A program made the translations under genes and the position numbers. This document shows positions 62,251-64,000 of a stretch of 64,000 nucleotides of DNA, piece after piece. This DNA comes from an uncultured Rhodothermales bacterium (lineage in GTDB: Bacteria > Bacteroidota > Rhodothermia > Rhodothermales > VXPQ01): assembly GCA_965651265.1 (NCBI GenBank), contig CBFGRV010000017.1, positions 358 to 64,357 of the forward strand. Direction: 5' to 3'. The notes beneath the pieces were generated by a model. It was not told where the DNA came from, searched no databases, and was given only the letters and a program-made list of their open reading frames with translations. The stretch's first letter is position 1; each line of letters opens with the position of its first letter.

Positions 62251-62757
62251 CTACCTCTGACTCTCTAGGTATTCAGGATAGGTCAGTTCCTTGAACGCAT
62301 CGGTGCCCACGTACGCAAGGATTTTTTCGAATTCAGCGGCATCCACAAAGCCTGGTAGCCGCGTGATATACTGACCGTCGGCATCCAGGAAGACCGTATT
62401 CGGATATCCCTGCGTCCCGAATCCCAGTGCAAGCTCGGATTGGCTCAGCGTAAAGTCGAGGTAGCGGACGCTGTCGGCCTGATTCTCGCCGTCGAGCCGC
62501 GTCGCGATGAAGAATTCCTCCACGCGCTGGCGAATGGCTTCTTGCGGGTACACTTCGCGCTGAAGCCGCCGGCACCAGGGACACCACGCGGCATAGATGT
62601 CGACAAGTACCTTCTTGTTCTGCTGCGCCGCTAGCTCGATGGCCTCGTTAAATGGCTTCCAATCTATACCCTCGGCGGGTACGCTGGCGTCCTGTGCGCT
62701 GGCCGATCCCAGGACCAGGAAGGCACACAATAAAGCACCTGAGAAGCGAGGGTTCAC
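62251..62757 (-). CDS. Thioredoxin-fold protein, secreted
   Basis: WCPWC active site and signal peptide VNPRFSGALLCAFLVLGSASAQD. The GTG at 62755-62757 (reverse complement) overlaps the upstream GT4 stop as GTGA. Confidence 0.8.
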   Translation of the reverse strand: MNPRFSGALLCAFLVLGSASAQDASVPAEGIDWKPFNEAIELAAQQNKKVLVDIYAAWCPWCRRLQREVYPQEAIRQRVEEFFIATRLDGENQADSVRYLDFTLSQSELALGFGTQGYPNTVFLDADGQYITRLPGFVDAAEFEKILAYVGTDAFKELTYPEYLESQR

Positions 62758-63893
62758 GGGTTCGGAAGGAGGTGGGAGTATGCGGAGATAAACGCGTGAG
62801 ATGCAGCCTCCCAATTAAAAGTTTCGAGCAGGCGCGGTATGTTGCGCTGCCAGTGCTCGCGCAGCGAACGATCGAGGACTGCCTGATTCAGGGCCGCGAT
62901 CAGATCGGCGCGATCAGCCGGCCGCACGACCTGACCGACATCCCATCCCCTTACGACCTTGCGGATTTCCGGCAGGTCGCTGGCGATTACGGGCAGGCCT
63001 GCCGTCAGATATTCGAACAGCTTGTTGGGTAGCGCCAGACGATGGTTGAGGCAGACATCCTCGAGGAGAGTGACGCCGATGTCGGCCGATCGAGCATACA
63101 CTACGACCTCGTCGGGCGGTACTGGATCCATAAAACGCACACGCCCCTCGATTCCCCAGTCGATGACGTGTTGTTCTAGACTGCCCTTAATGGGCCCGTC
63201 CCCAAGGAATACGAGGATGCCTCCTTCCACATCGCGCATGGCGTCGACGAGCAACTCCAGCCCACGGTACGGCCGAAGCTGGCCAAGGTGGAGAATCAAC
63301 GTTTCCGTCGAAATGTGTGCGGCAGCTCGCAGAGACGCCTGTTTGACCGGTGTCCGGATGACGGGAACGTTGTACACGACAATGGGCCGCGGAATCGAGT
63401 AGGCAGATGCGAGATGGTCTGCAATCCCATCGCTCACCGTGAACACGACGGCCGCGCGTCGAATATACCGCGACTCGACCGATCCCCAGAACTGCCGAAT
63501 CCAGGGTCGGCCGGCCGTGGAGGCCACATGCGCATAGAGCTCGCGTGCATCATAGACCAGCCTGCCTCCGGTTCGCTCGGCCGCTGAGCTCATGGCGGGC
63601 AGGACGTAGAGGTCACTGGCGTGATACACTCGAGCGGTCACAGCAGACGCTGCCCGCGTCATCGCGCGATGTACGTCCCAGAAGAAATGGGCTCCACGAC
63701 CCTCCGGGACTTCGACGGAGTCAATCTGGACACCGGCCGGCGAGAAGGTGGAGGAGGTTGGTCCCGCGAGGTGGAGTACACGAACACAGTAACCCTCCCG
63801 AGCGAGCGTCTCTATCTGACGCTGTGCGCGGGAGTTCCGGTGGATACTGCCGGTAAGCGCGAACATGATGTCCGCCGCGCGAGGTGCCGTCAA
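62754..63893 (-). CDS. Glycosyltransferase family 4 (GT-B fold)
   Basis: C-terminal E-x7-E-like region LALPNKLFEYLTAGLPVIASD. 379 aa. Confidence 0.85.
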   Translation of the reverse strand: MTAPRAADIMFALTGSIHRNSRAQRQIETLAREGYCVRVLHLAGPTSSTFSPAGVQIDSVEVPEGRGAHFFWDVHRAMTRAASAVTARVYHASDLYVLPAMSSAAERTGGRLVYDARELYAHVASTAGRPWIRQFWGSVESRYIRRAAVVFTVSDGIADHLASAYSIPRPIVVYNVPVIRTPVKQASLRAAAHISTETLILHLGQLRPYRGLELLVDAMRDVEGGILVFLGDGPIKGSLEQHVIDWGIEGRVRFMDPVPPDEVVVYARSADIGVTLLEDVCLNHRLALPNKLFEYLTAGLPVIASDLPEIRKVVRGWDVGQVVRPADRADLIAALNQAVLDRSLREHWQRNIPRLLETFNWEAASHAFISAYSHLLPNP

Positions 63894-63954
63894 TGGTGTG
63901 GGGTTCGAGCTTCGATCGCCTCATTCCCTGGAGTCCGAACGAAGGTAACGCAAA

Positions 63955-63983
63955 ATCGGCCAATTTGCGCGAATTTGGCCGAT
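63955..63983. promoter_or_regulatory. Inverted repeat ATCGGCCAA-(11 nt)-TTGGCCGAT in an AT-rich patch upstream of the GT4 gene
   Basis: Read directly from the sequence. It lies 62-90 nt upstream of the GT4 start codon at 63893. Confidence 0.3.
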
Positions 63984-64000
63984 AAATAGTTTGTCGAGCG

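Overview
This is a high-GC bacterial chromosomal segment (GC judged by eye, not computed). I can support about 60 protein-coding genes. I recognised no rRNA, tRNA, CRISPR array, transposase, integrase or phage gene.

Gene content suggests a Gemmatimonadota- or Rhodothermota/Bacteroidota-like Gram-negative organism: BamD, a SusC-type plug motif, DUF5916 and DUF1080 proteins, a PF07638-type ECF sigma factor, many Ser/Thr kinases, and MacB-type permease pairs. Taxonomy cannot be settled from this window.

- **Core region, about 46.6-64 kb:** ordinary housekeeping genes (efp-accB-accC-gcvH-guaA, an LpoA-like PBP1/TPR protein, bamD, nadD, a GH3 hexosaminidase, nhaC, phhA, acyP, glgP, prmC, a thioredoxin-like protein and a GT4 glycosyltransferase).
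- **Accessory-looking region, 0-46.6 kb:**
  - envelope and efflux genes (M28 peptidase, MacA plus two FtsX/MacB-type permeases with no ATPase)
  - signalling genes (a ToxR-like membrane regulator, an ECF sigma factor with a TPR Ser/Thr kinase, a kinase-FGE-hydrolase fusion, and a KaiC-like/GGDEF-like protein)
  - a dense run of small detoxification or stress-family genes (subclass B3 metallo-beta-lactamase, two DinB, four VOC/PhnB-like, SRPBCC, GNAT, Maa, DCC, YcaQ, GlxA-type regulator)
  - a DUF305-LVIVD-DUF5916-plug envelope cluster

**Best candidates for undescribed biology:**
1. A tightly coupled three-gene unit of a cytoplasmic Asp-box propeller, a MoaD/ThiS-like protein ending in Gly-Gly, and an unknown 115-aa protein (18.7-20.5 kb).
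2. A KaiC-like protein with a degenerate P-loop fused to a degenerate GGDEF-like domain, behind a 447-bp repeat-bearing leader (44.7-46.6 kb).
3. The 985-aa kinase-PEGA-FGE-hydrolase fusion (32.9-35.9 kb).
4. The ToxR-like regulator with a glycine-zipper membrane domain, divergent from a DUF4153-like membrane protein (10.5-13.2 kb).
5. DUF5916 paired with a stand-alone plug lipoprotein (42.0-44.6 kb).

All family assignments come from motif recognition by eye. No database search was run.
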